Shown here: in pieces, positions 52,715-61,153 of the stretch
Position numbering within the stretch: the first letter of the stretch is position 1
Layout of the letters: each line of letters begins with the position of its first letter
Virus record (IMG/VR): IMGVR_UViG_3300036770_008028
Coordinates: 93,499 to 157,498 of that record
Reading direction: 5' to 3' (one strand)
DNA length: 64,000 nt
From: a virus
Made by a program: the position numbers and the translations under genes
Notes under the pieces: generated by a model
What the model was told of the DNA's origin: nothing
Seen by the model: the letters and a program-made list of their open reading frames with translations, nothing else
The model's database searches: none

Positions 52715-53711
52715 TGAGTACTCCTTGATAAGTTTGATTTAACCAGCGACCAAACTGTTCGGCCTGTTCGCTGGCACGGTTCAGTTCAAATTTTCCACAA
52801 AACTTCATGAACCTTACCCCTACTTGTCCTACATCTTTGTGAGAGACCTGCGTTCGGATGGCATCATCTACATAGGCCTTGACTGTGTCGGGTTGTGCCC
52901 GTAGGTCTATCAGGCTGCGATTGCGCATGTAATCATCCAACACGCGATGCTCTTGTCCCTCGTGATCAGTCCATCTCTGTAGCATGAGATTGTTCCAGGC
53001 ATATCCTTTGGTGTTGCGATCTGCGTAGGCTTCCTGCAATCCCACCTTGTTCTTGGTGCCTTTGGTACGCACACCAGGATAGGCCGAAAACACATTGTCA
53101 GATGCATCACCCCGCATGCACTTCTCGAACAGCAACCATTCTGGATCGGGTATGGTCTTGGGCTGCTTGGTTTTTTTGTCTGTGACCGGCTGGCCTTTGG
53201 CGTCAAATATCCCTTGAACAGTCAGGAGTTCGTCTGTGATACCGTTGTACTGATCTACATTGTGGCCTAGTAGTTGCACGAAATCGGTATCGCTTGATAC
53301 TATGGTATGATGATCTTGGGGATGTAGTGCGATCCAGCGGGCTATGATATCGTCCGCTTCTGCTGCTTCATGTCTGATCACTGAGCAGTTGGTCTGTTCA
53401 GCCAAGTATTTAGTAAAGTTATCATAAGTTTCCCAAAACAGGCGATCTTCTTCGAGTTCTTTGTCTGTCAGGGCCGCACGGGCCTCGGCACGATTTCGCT
53501 TGTAAGGAGCGTAGTGATCTTTGCGCCAGGATCGTCCTTCCAAGGCAAAAATCACATGATCTGACCGGAATCTCTGGGCCACTTTGTTAACTGCGCTGAG
53601 CGTGATGTGCAAAGCATATCCCACACGTTCCCAGGCGTCCTCAGCACGGAAAGCCACATGACGGGCCCGGAAAAACATGTTGGCAGTATCGATCAAGACG
53701 TAGTTCATCAT
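52659..53711 (-). CDS. T4 RNase H-like 5'-3' exonuclease (FEN family)
   Basis: LIDTAN, WRK..Y..YK.NR, EADD, SSDTDF.QL and GDASDNV motifs. Confidence 0.92.
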   Translation of the reverse strand: MMNYVLIDTANMFFRARHVAFRAEDAWERVGYALHITLSAVNKVAQRFRSDHVIFALEGRSWRKDHYAPYKRNRAEARAALTDKELEEDRLFWETYDNFTKYLAEQTNCSVIRHEAAEADDIIARWIALHPQDHHTIVSSDTDFVQLLGHNVDQYNGITDELLTVQGIFDAKGQPVTDKKTKQPKTIPDPEWLLFEKCMRGDASDNVFSAYPGVRTKGTKNKVGLQEAYADRNTKGYAWNNLMLQRWTDHEGQEHRVLDDYMRNRSLIDLRAQPDTVKAYVDDAIRTQVSHKDVGQVGVRFMKFCGKFELNRASEQAEQFGRWLNQTYQGVLNDPSQSSDTKSVLDTQAG

Positions 53712-54415
53712 GGCACCAATTTGTTAGACACACAGTATTGTAACACGAAACGAGCCCAGGCTGTGTGTGCTTCTGGCCCAAAATGCCAAGAATCGGGTGC
53801 CACAGTTTGGAAACCTTGCCTTTGTAGCCAGGCCGAATAGGTGGATTTGGAATCATAGGGGCCGATATAGTTCAGCCCCCAGGGTTTTTGATGCTTGATC
53901 AAACTGAAGTCATTGTTGCCATTGAAAAACACGTGCCGGATTCCGTGATCCTGGAGCTCCTGATGGAAATCCCAAATATGCGCATGTTGATCATGTACGC
54001 AAGCCCGCCAGTCTATAGCACTGACAAATTGACGATAGCGTTCTCGCAAGACCTCAGGAACGCCATCGGTACCGCTGGCTCCTACCTGATGCCAAACATC
54101 TTCAAAAAACCATTCCTGCCGTTCCCAGGTGCTCCATTGGATGATCACGAAATATTGTCCTGGAATCACATCTGGTCGGAACAGATGCTCTCGTGTGGTC
54201 CTCATGATGCGGGCATTGCTGCCGCCGGCCTGGGCCTGGCAATTGAGTCCCATCTTGAGAGTATCAGCCAATCGCCGTCCCCAACTCACAGCCAGATTCG
54301 CAGGATGTGGTGCACGGCCTAGATAAAAATACTGGCTGTCGTCCTCAGCAAACGCATGAGGTGTGACTGCTTCAGCGGCTGCTGTATGGCTGTCGCCATT
54401 GACGTACAGGATCAT
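53708..54415 (-). CDS. SGNH/GDSL-like protein, paralog of 4164-4814
   Basis: NGDSHT, GGSN, QWST.ER and HFGPEAH motifs. Confidence 0.65.
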   Translation of the reverse strand: MILYVNGDSHTAAAEAVTPHAFAEDDSQYFYLGRAPHPANLAVSWGRRLADTLKMGLNCQAQAGGSNARIMRTTREHLFRPDVIPGQYFVIIQWSTWERQEWFFEDVWHQVGASGTDGVPEVLRERYRQFVSAIDWRACVHDQHAHIWDFHQELQDHGIRHVFFNGNNDFSLIKHQKPWGLNYIGPYDSKSTYSAWLQRQGFQTVAPDSWHFGPEAHTAWARFVLQYCVSNKLVP

Positions 54416-54945
54416 TTGGTCTGGAGATAAGGGTCGACGGGATCTGGTGTCAAGACCAATGCTTGATCTGGCGGTGTGCGGAGATTTTTTTCAATCTCGG
54501 CCTGTACCACACGTTTGCGCAGGCTAGAACTGGAAAATGAATGATCACGTGCATTGAATATGCATTCAATCTCCCTTCGTTCACATTCATACCGGCCACT
54601 GAAATGCTTGCCTTCGTATTCTACTCCTAGCACACGCACATCTAGAGGCAGGATCAGCAAGAGATCAACGAGATCTTGTTCCGTCTGATAAACCACCACC
54701 TCATCCACGTAGCGGCAGGCTGCCAATTGAATTTGTCGTTCCACGATGCTCTGCACGGGTCGATTTTTGGTGTCGGGCCGATCTATGGTAGGATCTGTTT
54801 GCAGCCCAGCGATAAGATAATCGCAGTGGTTTTTGGCTTCACTCAGCATGGCGATGTGTCCAGCATGTAGCATATCAAAGGTACTGAAAGTGATACCGAT
54901 CTTTTTGCCCTGAGATTTTAGTTCTTTGATGTGATTGAAGATCAT
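54412..54945 (-). CDS. Cytidylyltransferase (TagD-like)
   Basis: FDMLHAGH, YVDEV and SSSSLR motifs. Confidence 0.9.
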   Translation of the reverse strand: MIFNHIKELKSQGKKIGITFSTFDMLHAGHIAMLSEAKNHCDYLIAGLQTDPTIDRPDTKNRPVQSIVERQIQLAACRYVDEVVVYQTEQDLVDLLLILPLDVRVLGVEYEGKHFSGRYECERREIECIFNARDHSFSSSSLRKRVVQAEIEKNLRTPPDQALVLTPDPVDPYLQTK

Positions 54946-55313
54946 GATATCTCCTTGCGACCTCCACCGATGTCACGCTCTCGGGTGAATCTAGGATTCA
55001 TGGCCTGTTCCTGTTCCCAGGTCTCCATTACAACATGTCTGCAAACATTCTGAAACCACTGGTCTACAATGTCTGCATCGGTTTTTCCTTGATATCCAGC
55101 ACGCAGGAGATTGGCCACAAACTTTTCGTTCCAGTCTAGTTCAAAACTACCTTCATGGAGATTTTCAGGATTGATGTCCATGCTAAGAATAGACACATAG
55201 GGTTCGCCGCGTTCTGTGGCTAGGTCTTTGGCAGATTTTGTTACCTTTGCAGGTCGTTCTTTGATTTCCGCGGGTCTTTGAGATTTTTTCTTGAATCTGT
55301 CAAACAGTCCCAT
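54942..55313 (-). CDS. Hypothetical phage protein
   Basis: GEPYV...GSFELDWN...IVDQWF. Confidence 0.7.
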   Translation of the reverse strand: MGLFDRFKKKSQRPAEIKERPAKVTKSAKDLATERGEPYVSILSMDINPENLHEGSFELDWNEKFVANLLRAGYQGKTDADIVDQWFQNVCRHVVMETWEQEQAMNPRFTRERDIGGGRKEIS

Positions 55314-55575
55314 TGGGATTTCCTTTCAACATCATGATCACGCCTTCATCTCTGTGTAGCCAACGGCGTTCGACGATGGGCTCGCCGGGTCCAGTCCACA
55401 TGGCCTCGGCCCTCACGGCCGGCCCCCATACTCTGCGTTGGGTACGATAACAGCGCCTAGGCCATACACTCCAACAATATTCAAATCTTGCCCGGCGTTC
55501 GAAGTCATCTTGATCCGCCAACAACCGGATGGCACGGGCCATGGTGCCTTCTATGGCCCACATCATGTACCCCAT
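55300..55575 (-). CDS. Hypothetical protein
   Basis: Coupled ORF. Confidence 0.55.
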   Translation of the reverse strand: MGYMMWAIEGTMARAIRLLADQDDFERRARFEYCWSVWPRRCYRTQRRVWGPAVRAEAMWTGPGEPIVERRWLHRDEGVIMMLKGNPNGTV

Positions 55576-56456
55576 TCGTTCTTGTAAATATCAACCTGAA
55601 GTCTGGGACTGTATCGCCACCCTCTTTCGAGTGCTAGATTTGCCACTTCTTGCGTGTTGAGATTGTACACCTGCGGTACCCCACCCGCGGGCATGAGATA
55701 GATTGGACCACCGAATCCGGCTTCTCGGTATTCAGCCACGGCACGCTCTGCATCTTCCACATCCTGTCTAGTGGCCACAACGAATTTGAGATAGGTCGAT
55801 CCTACCAGTTCATAACTCTTGACTATGGTGGGATTGATGGCCTTTTCCCATGCCTCTCCTGAACAGGGCAATTTAGGACTCACAGAGAACGTAAGCCGAT
55901 CGTAGTCTCGACCGTGACGGGTGAATTCTTCAAAGAAATAGTCACGTACCTCGGGATACAGTTCCTGGCTACCATTGGTCTCGATTGTGAGATCTTTCAG
56001 TCCTTTCTGTCTCAGTAGATCCAGCAGGGTGGGATACAGTTGCTGATAGGCAAGGAATGGTTCTCCACCAGTGATGATGAAATGTATCTGATCGCTCCAG
56101 TCTTGATCCCACTTTCCTTGTGGCAACAGCGCATGGATTTCGGCGGCAATGGTATCAACGTCTGCTTGTTTATTGAATCGCTTGAATTCAGGATAGATCG
56201 ATGCGTAGGTGTCGCAACCTGTGGTGACCAGGGGCAGGTCCCGGAATTCTCGGTACCGATCCGGGTCGGCTTCGACCCGGCGCAGGATTTCTACTACTTC
56301 AGGATTATGACCTTCGATATTCTCGTCTCGTGGCCGCCCAAACTTCCGGCAACGGAAGTTACAACCGTATGTGCGAAAAAAGATACTGGGCACACCGGCC
56401 CATTTGCCTTCACCTTGCAGGCTGTAAAATATTTCAGTGTATGTGATTTTTTCCAT
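55563..56456 (-). CDS. queE: 7-carboxy-7-deazaguanine synthase QueE-like radical SAM enzyme
   Basis: EIFYSLQGEG...F.R..GCNFRC...GCDT, ITGGEP, IETNG, SVSPKL, LKFVV and SPRLQ motifs. Confidence 0.88.
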   Translation of the reverse strand: MEKITYTEIFYSLQGEGKWAGVPSIFFRTYGCNFRCRKFGRPRDENIEGHNPEVVEILRRVEADPDRYREFRDLPLVTTGCDTYASIYPEFKRFNKQADVDTIAAEIHALLPQGKWDQDWSDQIHFIITGGEPFLAYQQLYPTLLDLLRQKGLKDLTIETNGSQELYPEVRDYFFEEFTRHGRDYDRLTFSVSPKLPCSGEAWEKAINPTIVKSYELVGSTYLKFVVATRQDVEDAERAVAEYREAGFGGPIYLMPAGGVPQVYNLNTQEVANLALERGWRYSPRLQVDIYKNEWGT

Positions 56457-56458
56457 GA

Positions 56459-56953
56459 TTAGTCCTGAGATTTTTCGTTATCGTAAGGTTCGATATTTTC
56501 TTCGATGACGGCAGTATCGCCGTAACCATCGGCATCTACGAGGTCGATTTTTACAGGACCCAGGATGCACACATGATCGTCTTCGATCTCCCAGGCATGA
56601 TCTCCATCGTAGATCCAGCCCGTGCCCCAGCGGCCATAATCGTCCTGTTGCTCGCCGCGACACAGGGCTTCGATCTCTGCTTTTTCTTCATCGGTAAATC
56701 CGTCGCTGAAATTTACATAAACAGCACATAAGTCATCCAGCTCACATCCCCAACCGCATTGCGGATTACAATTAACCCGGTCTATTTCGAACTTCCATAC
56801 AGGTTCATCTTCTTCTCGAAATCCATACCCCCATCGCCATGTTTCAGTGACATCAAACCCGCGAACAGTTCCATCAGGCCGGCGTTCAAACACATCAACG
56901 AAGTATTCTACTGATTTTTTTTCCAAAGGCGTGATGCGATATAATTTTTCCAT
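56459..56953 (-). CDS. Acidic hypothetical protein
   Basis: Start MEKLY after AAGGAA. Confidence 0.65.
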   Translation of the reverse strand: MEKLYRITPLEKKSVEYFVDVFERRPDGTVRGFDVTETWRWGYGFREEDEPVWKFEIDRVNCNPQCGWGCELDDLCAVYVNFSDGFTDEEKAEIEALCRGEQQDDYGRWGTGWIYDGDHAWEIEDDHVCILGPVKIDLVDADGYGDTAVIEENIEPYDNEKSQD

Positions 56954-57294
56954 CAATGATTCCTTTTGCCTTGGAACACACAATTGAACAACATATGACT
57001 ATCTCCATCGTTTATGACTCTATGAAAGGCCCCGTCAGGGATCAAGACCACATCACCAGGGCTCACAGCAAACGGTTCATCGGTTTCTTCGCCTACGATC
57101 ATGTGACCGCGTCCCTGTACAAAAAAGTATACTTCTTCCTGCCCTGCGTGCCTGTGCCCACGGGTTTGTTTTCCACGATACAGCCATGTAGAACTCAGTA
57201 CGAGATTATCGAGATCGTGATTGTCCTTGAGTCGGTAAACTTCGTTGTCTTTGACGACGTCACCGCCGACGTCATGTACAGAATATTTCTTCAT
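56953..57294 (-). CDS. Cupin domain protein
   Basis: GHRH..QEEVY.F..G.G ... GD...IP.GAFHRV.N. Confidence 0.85.
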   Translation of the reverse strand: MKKYSVHDVGGDVVKDNEVYRLKDNHDLDNLVLSSTWLYRGKQTRGHRHAGQEEVYFFVQGRGHMIVGEETDEPFAVSPGDVVLIPDGAFHRVINDGDSHMLFNCVFQGKRNH

Positions 57295-57697
57295 TCAAAT
57301 ATCTTTTCAGTTCTTTGTCTGTGGGTTCGACACCATAGTTTTGTTTGAAAAAGATCTCATATGAGTCCGAACCATACTTGCCAATGCCATACAACATTGT
57401 AGCATCTGTGCCGTCCCAGGTCAAGTAGTCTGCTGTCATTCGTCGCAGCCGTTTGGAGCGCACATTGACCATGCCCAGACTCCAGATCACATCTCTTACG
57501 TCTTCGTCGTGAGCACAAAGAAAATGCTCAGGTCCCGGCCAAGTATCCAAAAATATGGGCAGGACCGTTTTGACAGGCCTACGTCCAGTCTGGTTCAGCA
57601 TGATCACGGCCACCATATGTTGCCACGCACGATAAAATCTATCCGTGGACGGCAACTGCTGTTGCACCATGAGGTCATCGCGCAAAGGTTGGATCAT
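57272..57697 (-). CDS. HhH-GPD/MBD4-like DNA glycosylase
   Basis: WQHMVAVIMLNQT...LGM...R...LYGIGKYGSDSY.IF...DKEL. Confidence 0.82.
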   Translation of the reverse strand: MIQPLRDDLMVQQQLPSTDRFYRAWQHMVAVIMLNQTGRRPVKTVLPIFLDTWPGPEHFLCAHDEDVRDVIWSLGMVNVRSKRLRRMTADYLTWDGTDATMLYGIGKYGSDSYEIFFKQNYGVEPTDKELKRYLNEEIFCT

Positions 57698-58047
57698 CGC
57701 AGGAATTTTTTGAGTTCGGGTGGTTTCCACCCTTCGGGTTTGAGTACTTTACCATCTTCACGTTTACGCACTTTACCTGTTTGTTGATCGATCTTGGCGA
57801 AGTTGGTATGCATCACTTCGTTCCAGGCACCCTGGCCGTCCGCGCCTAGGCTGTGTATAGCACCCACCGTGACCACCAAGATATCGATCAAGGCGTCGAG
57901 GTCGTCCTCGGCTGTGCGGCTAGCACACAGTTCGTTGAACTCTTCGCGGATGAGATTACAGTACATCTGGTACTGATCCGGGTTGAGTTTGCCCACTGTC
58001 TGATCGCAGGCTCGCATGAATACTGCTTGGTCTAAAAACACGCTCAT
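57694..58047 (-). CDS. MazG-like/PRA-PH nucleotide pyrophosphohydrolase
   Basis: LIREEFNE, DALID, EV..TN.AK and REDGKVLKP.GW motifs. Confidence 0.88.
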   Translation of the reverse strand: MSVFLDQAVFMRACDQTVGKLNPDQYQMYCNLIREEFNELCASRTAEDDLDALIDILVVTVGAIHSLGADGQGAWNEVMHTNFAKIDQQTGKVRKREDGKVLKPEGWKPPELKKFLR

Positions 58048-58541
58048 TGATGTTGCTCCTCTGGATTCCAACGTCTCCACCACTCTTCCCAGGGAAACAC
58101 TATCCACTGCGGATCTGCGGCTTTGTTGATATTTTCTGCGGCATAATCTGGGGTGTGCTTGCTCTCGCTGGATTCGTTGTCATACAACACCGCCACACGC
58201 ACATTGTTGCCCCAGCACGACTCAATGTTCCAGTCTTGATGTATCCAGTTCAAGGTATCTCCAGAATCGTTGATGTCGTCTACGATCAAGATGTTACGAT
58301 GTTTTGTGGCATCTTCCTGCATCCAGAAGTTACTTTCACAGTCGGGCTCTTCGCCACGTAGACTGACCTTGAGTGTTTCCATAGGAACATCGAGATACTG
58401 GCTGATGAGATTGGCCGGGGTGAGTCCGCCCCGGGTTATGCCCACCACATAATCGGGTACCCACCGATCCTGCCACATCTGCCGAACCAGTTCTTGTACC
58501 TGCCGTTGCACATCATTCCAACTCACATAGATTTTTTTCAC
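58044..58541 (-). CDS. Purine phosphoribosyltransferase (Gpt-like)
   Basis: GITRGGL, LIVDDINDSGDT and WIVFPWE motifs; GTG start overlaps the upstream stop. Confidence 0.88.
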   Translation of the reverse strand: MKKIYVSWNDVQRQVQELVRQMWQDRWVPDYVVGITRGGLTPANLISQYLDVPMETLKVSLRGEEPDCESNFWMQEDATKHRNILIVDDINDSGDTLNWIHQDWNIESCWGNNVRVAVLYDNESSESKHTPDYAAENINKAADPQWIVFPWEEWWRRWNPEEQHQ

Positions 58542-59317
58542 AATTTCCTCGCTTTGATCAATAGATGCCATCCTAGATATTCGCGCACAGCATCTCTCAT
58601 CACATCGGGCATGGCTTCGAACCAAGATTCCAGTTCAAATCGGCCTTGTTTATAGGCCGGAACATTGTACATGAAACAATGATCTTGGCGTATGCGTTCG
58701 AGATGGAACACACCTTGTAGTAATTCCAGTATTTCGTCACGGGTGAATGCTTCGGCATAGGGGCACTGTGCCTGTGCTTCGAATTGATCTAGGCCTTTCT
58801 GGATCATGGCATACTTCCAGGAATTCTTGGCATAGACCATGAATCTTAGTTCGCTGCCAGTATGCATCACTTGAGAAATGTTGACTAGATGATCGCGCAT
58901 GCCAGGAAAATGATGCAACACACCATAACTGTAGACCAGATCAAATTCACCCAGGGTCTTGAGGAAATCCACGTCAGTAACGCTGTTCTGATGGAAATCT
59001 CCATCTAGTCCGTACACTTCGAATCTCTTGCGACTGAGTTCCAGGCTTTCTTCGGATATGTCGATGCCGGTATATTCAGCACCGTGACGTGCGAATTGTT
59101 CGGCATCGGTACCAATGCCGCATCCGATCTCCAGTACTCGTTTTCCCCGCCAGAGATGGAAGCCAGCGAAGTCAAGTATGTGTGGTTCTGCACGATAGCG
59201 TTTGACCGTGACCGCATCAAAGTAGGCTTCAGTGCCCACAGGTTCGGTGCTGTGTCCTACGTTGCAGGGCTGTCGGTTCCAGTATTCTGTGATACGCTGA
59301 TCAAGATCTGTGTTCAT
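58538..59317 (-). CDS. SAM-dependent methyltransferase
   Basis: VLEIGCGIG, GIDIS and FDLVYSYGVLHH motifs. Confidence 0.9.
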   Translation of the reverse strand: MNTDLDQRITEYWNRQPCNVGHSTEPVGTEAYFDAVTVKRYRAEPHILDFAGFHLWRGKRVLEIGCGIGTDAEQFARHGAEYTGIDISEESLELSRKRFEVYGLDGDFHQNSVTDVDFLKTLGEFDLVYSYGVLHHFPGMRDHLVNISQVMHTGSELRFMVYAKNSWKYAMIQKGLDQFEAQAQCPYAEAFTRDEILELLQGVFHLERIRQDHCFMYNVPAYKQGRFELESWFEAMPDVMRDAVREYLGWHLLIKARKL

Positions 59318-60156
59318 TTAAACACTGTCAGTTGGCGATTGGGATCAAATTCTTCACTGGTCATCTTGGCCCAGGGATTTTGTTGGCCCGACAGCACTGA
59401 TCGGAACCAAGACATGGCCTGTCCCTGTGATTCCAACATCTCACAGATGCGCAAGGCATCGGCCATGCGTCTTTTGCGCCAAGTGACGTGATTGAAATCT
59501 CTAGGATCTGAAGGCCTACCCTCCAGCATGATGCGTTCATGATAAGTGTCGTCGCCGTTGTTGCCAGTGAGATCATGCCGGTCATGTATGACTCGAACAT
59601 CGATGTTGTGCATGATGTCTAGCATGTAGGCTACCTGGCTCACCCAGGCGTCGCTGATCTGATGCGCAGAGACGTAACCAAACAGGTCATGCCAGGCCCT
59701 GGGCAAGATTGGAAATATAGCATAGGGGTGATCTCGGTGTGTGGGCATGCGTAGCACGCGGAAATGACCGTCATGGCGGCATATTTCTTGATCCCACCCC
59801 TGTGTTTCCATCACGGCGTCATCATTCCAGAACATCAGCCATTGCCCTTGAGAATTGGCAGCCAGGGTGTTCACATACTCGTTCAGACGCACATACCCAA
59901 TGGGTTCGAATTCCATCACAGTGTAGTACACACTGGCCCGGTCCAACAAGGGTGCTAGATTTTCTAAGAACCATGATGAAGTCTCGGTGTCATCTGAATC
60001 AAATCCTAGCATCAGTTCGATACAGGACGCATCAGCCACAGTGTCTACCAGACTCATGATCGATCGTTGCAGTGCATCTGTCCTCCCGCGGGTAGGCAGC
60101 AGGACAGAAATGGCGCAATCACCCTTCATAGATAGCGGAGTTTCCTTCGTGTTCAA
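59314..60156 (-). CDS. GT2-like glycosyltransferase
   Basis: ISVLLPTRGR, D.DD and WNDD motifs. Confidence 0.8.
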   Translation of the reverse strand: MNTKETPLSMKGDCAISVLLPTRGRTDALQRSIMSLVDTVADASCIELMLGFDSDDTETSSWFLENLAPLLDRASVYYTVMEFEPIGYVRLNEYVNTLAANSQGQWLMFWNDDAVMETQGWDQEICRHDGHFRVLRMPTHRDHPYAIFPILPRAWHDLFGYVSAHQISDAWVSQVAYMLDIMHNIDVRVIHDRHDLTGNNGDDTYHERIMLEGRPSDPRDFNHVTWRKRRMADALRICEMLESQGQAMSWFRSVLSGQQNPWAKMTSEEFDPNRQLTVFK

Positions 60157-60652
60157 AAACTTCTACCGAACGCAGTCTAACGCCTTGGCCTACCGGATAG
60201 CGAGGTGTGAAATCAACGATCTTGTCATCCTTGAAGAAATGCCAGGACTTTCCGGCCTGGAACTCTTTCAGGATATCCGCCATCACGCTGTAGGCCAGTT
60301 CCGCGAACTTTTCACAGCCTACTGCTTCTACCAATCTGAGATCACACACACCGCCCTGATCCTGCAGGCCCAGTTCGGCCATCTTTAGGAACATGGGCAA
60401 ATGCGGATCATCCTTGGCGACCACAAGTGTGTGATCAAACATGTGATCGGCCCAGTCTTTGAATGCTTTCAATCCACCGAAGTCCATAACCCAATTCCTA
60501 TCATCAAGGGTATCAGACTCAAATACAAGACGGATGCCAATGCTATAACCATGCAATAGGCTGCAATGACTGTGACTGCTACGCCATTGACGGAAACAAC
60601 ATGAAAGTCCACGATCATTGCCATAAGTTTTTGTTGAAACGTAAGTTGCCAT
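60119..60652 (-). CDS. queD: 6-carboxytetrahydropterin synthase / PTPS
   Basis: C..LHGY, WVMDFG, FDH, CE.FA and V.E...N.A motifs; AGGAG Shine-Dalgarno before MATY. Confidence 0.9.
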   Translation of the reverse strand: MATYVSTKTYGNDRGLSCCFRQWRSSHSHCSLLHGYSIGIRLVFESDTLDDRNWVMDFGGLKAFKDWADHMFDHTLVVAKDDPHLPMFLKMAELGLQDQGGVCDLRLVEAVGCEKFAELAYSVMADILKEFQAGKSWHFFKDDKIVDFTPRYPVGQGVRLRSVEVFEHEGNSAIYEG

Positions 60653-60727
60653 TTTTTGTCTCCTATGATAGCAAGACACGCAGAATTTGTAGAGCGGGAT
60701 GAGCGTCAGGAAGGCCGCTGAGAAACA

Positions 60728-61153
60728 TTATTTATCTGTAGGGTTTTTATACCCCGGTTTTTTGTAGTTGGCCTGGCCTGGAACCACACCACGCACACCA
60801 CCCACAGGATCTTCAACGTCATTTTTGCGTCTGGGTATGAGATGCACATGCGGATACATCACGGTTTGACCGGCCTCTGCGCCCATGTTGATACCCACAT
60901 TGAAACTATCGCATTCACCTCGACGTACCATGGCCGTGCCCATCAGCAAGGCCAACCGGAAGGCTTCTGTGATATTACCAACAGCATCTCGTTCGGGCAC
61001 GAAAAGACGATGTCCTGGAGTCACGGGATACTTGTCTAGGAATACCCGCACATCTCCTAGATCTATGTCTAGTTCGGTCCAAGGAGCCACTCCATCGATC
61101 TGGGCCTGTTTGAGACTATAATGCGTGAGATATTGATCTTTGGGCTCGGGCAT
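60728..61153 (-). CDS. HIT family hydrolase
   Basis: DKYPVTPGH, AGQTV.YPHVHLIPRR. Confidence 0.92.
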   Translation of the reverse strand: MPEPKDQYLTHYSLKQAQIDGVAPWTELDIDLGDVRVFLDKYPVTPGHRLFVPERDAVGNITEAFRLALLMGTAMVRRGECDSFNVGINMGAEAGQTVMYPHVHLIPRRKNDVEDPVGGVRGVVPGQANYKKPGYKNPTDK

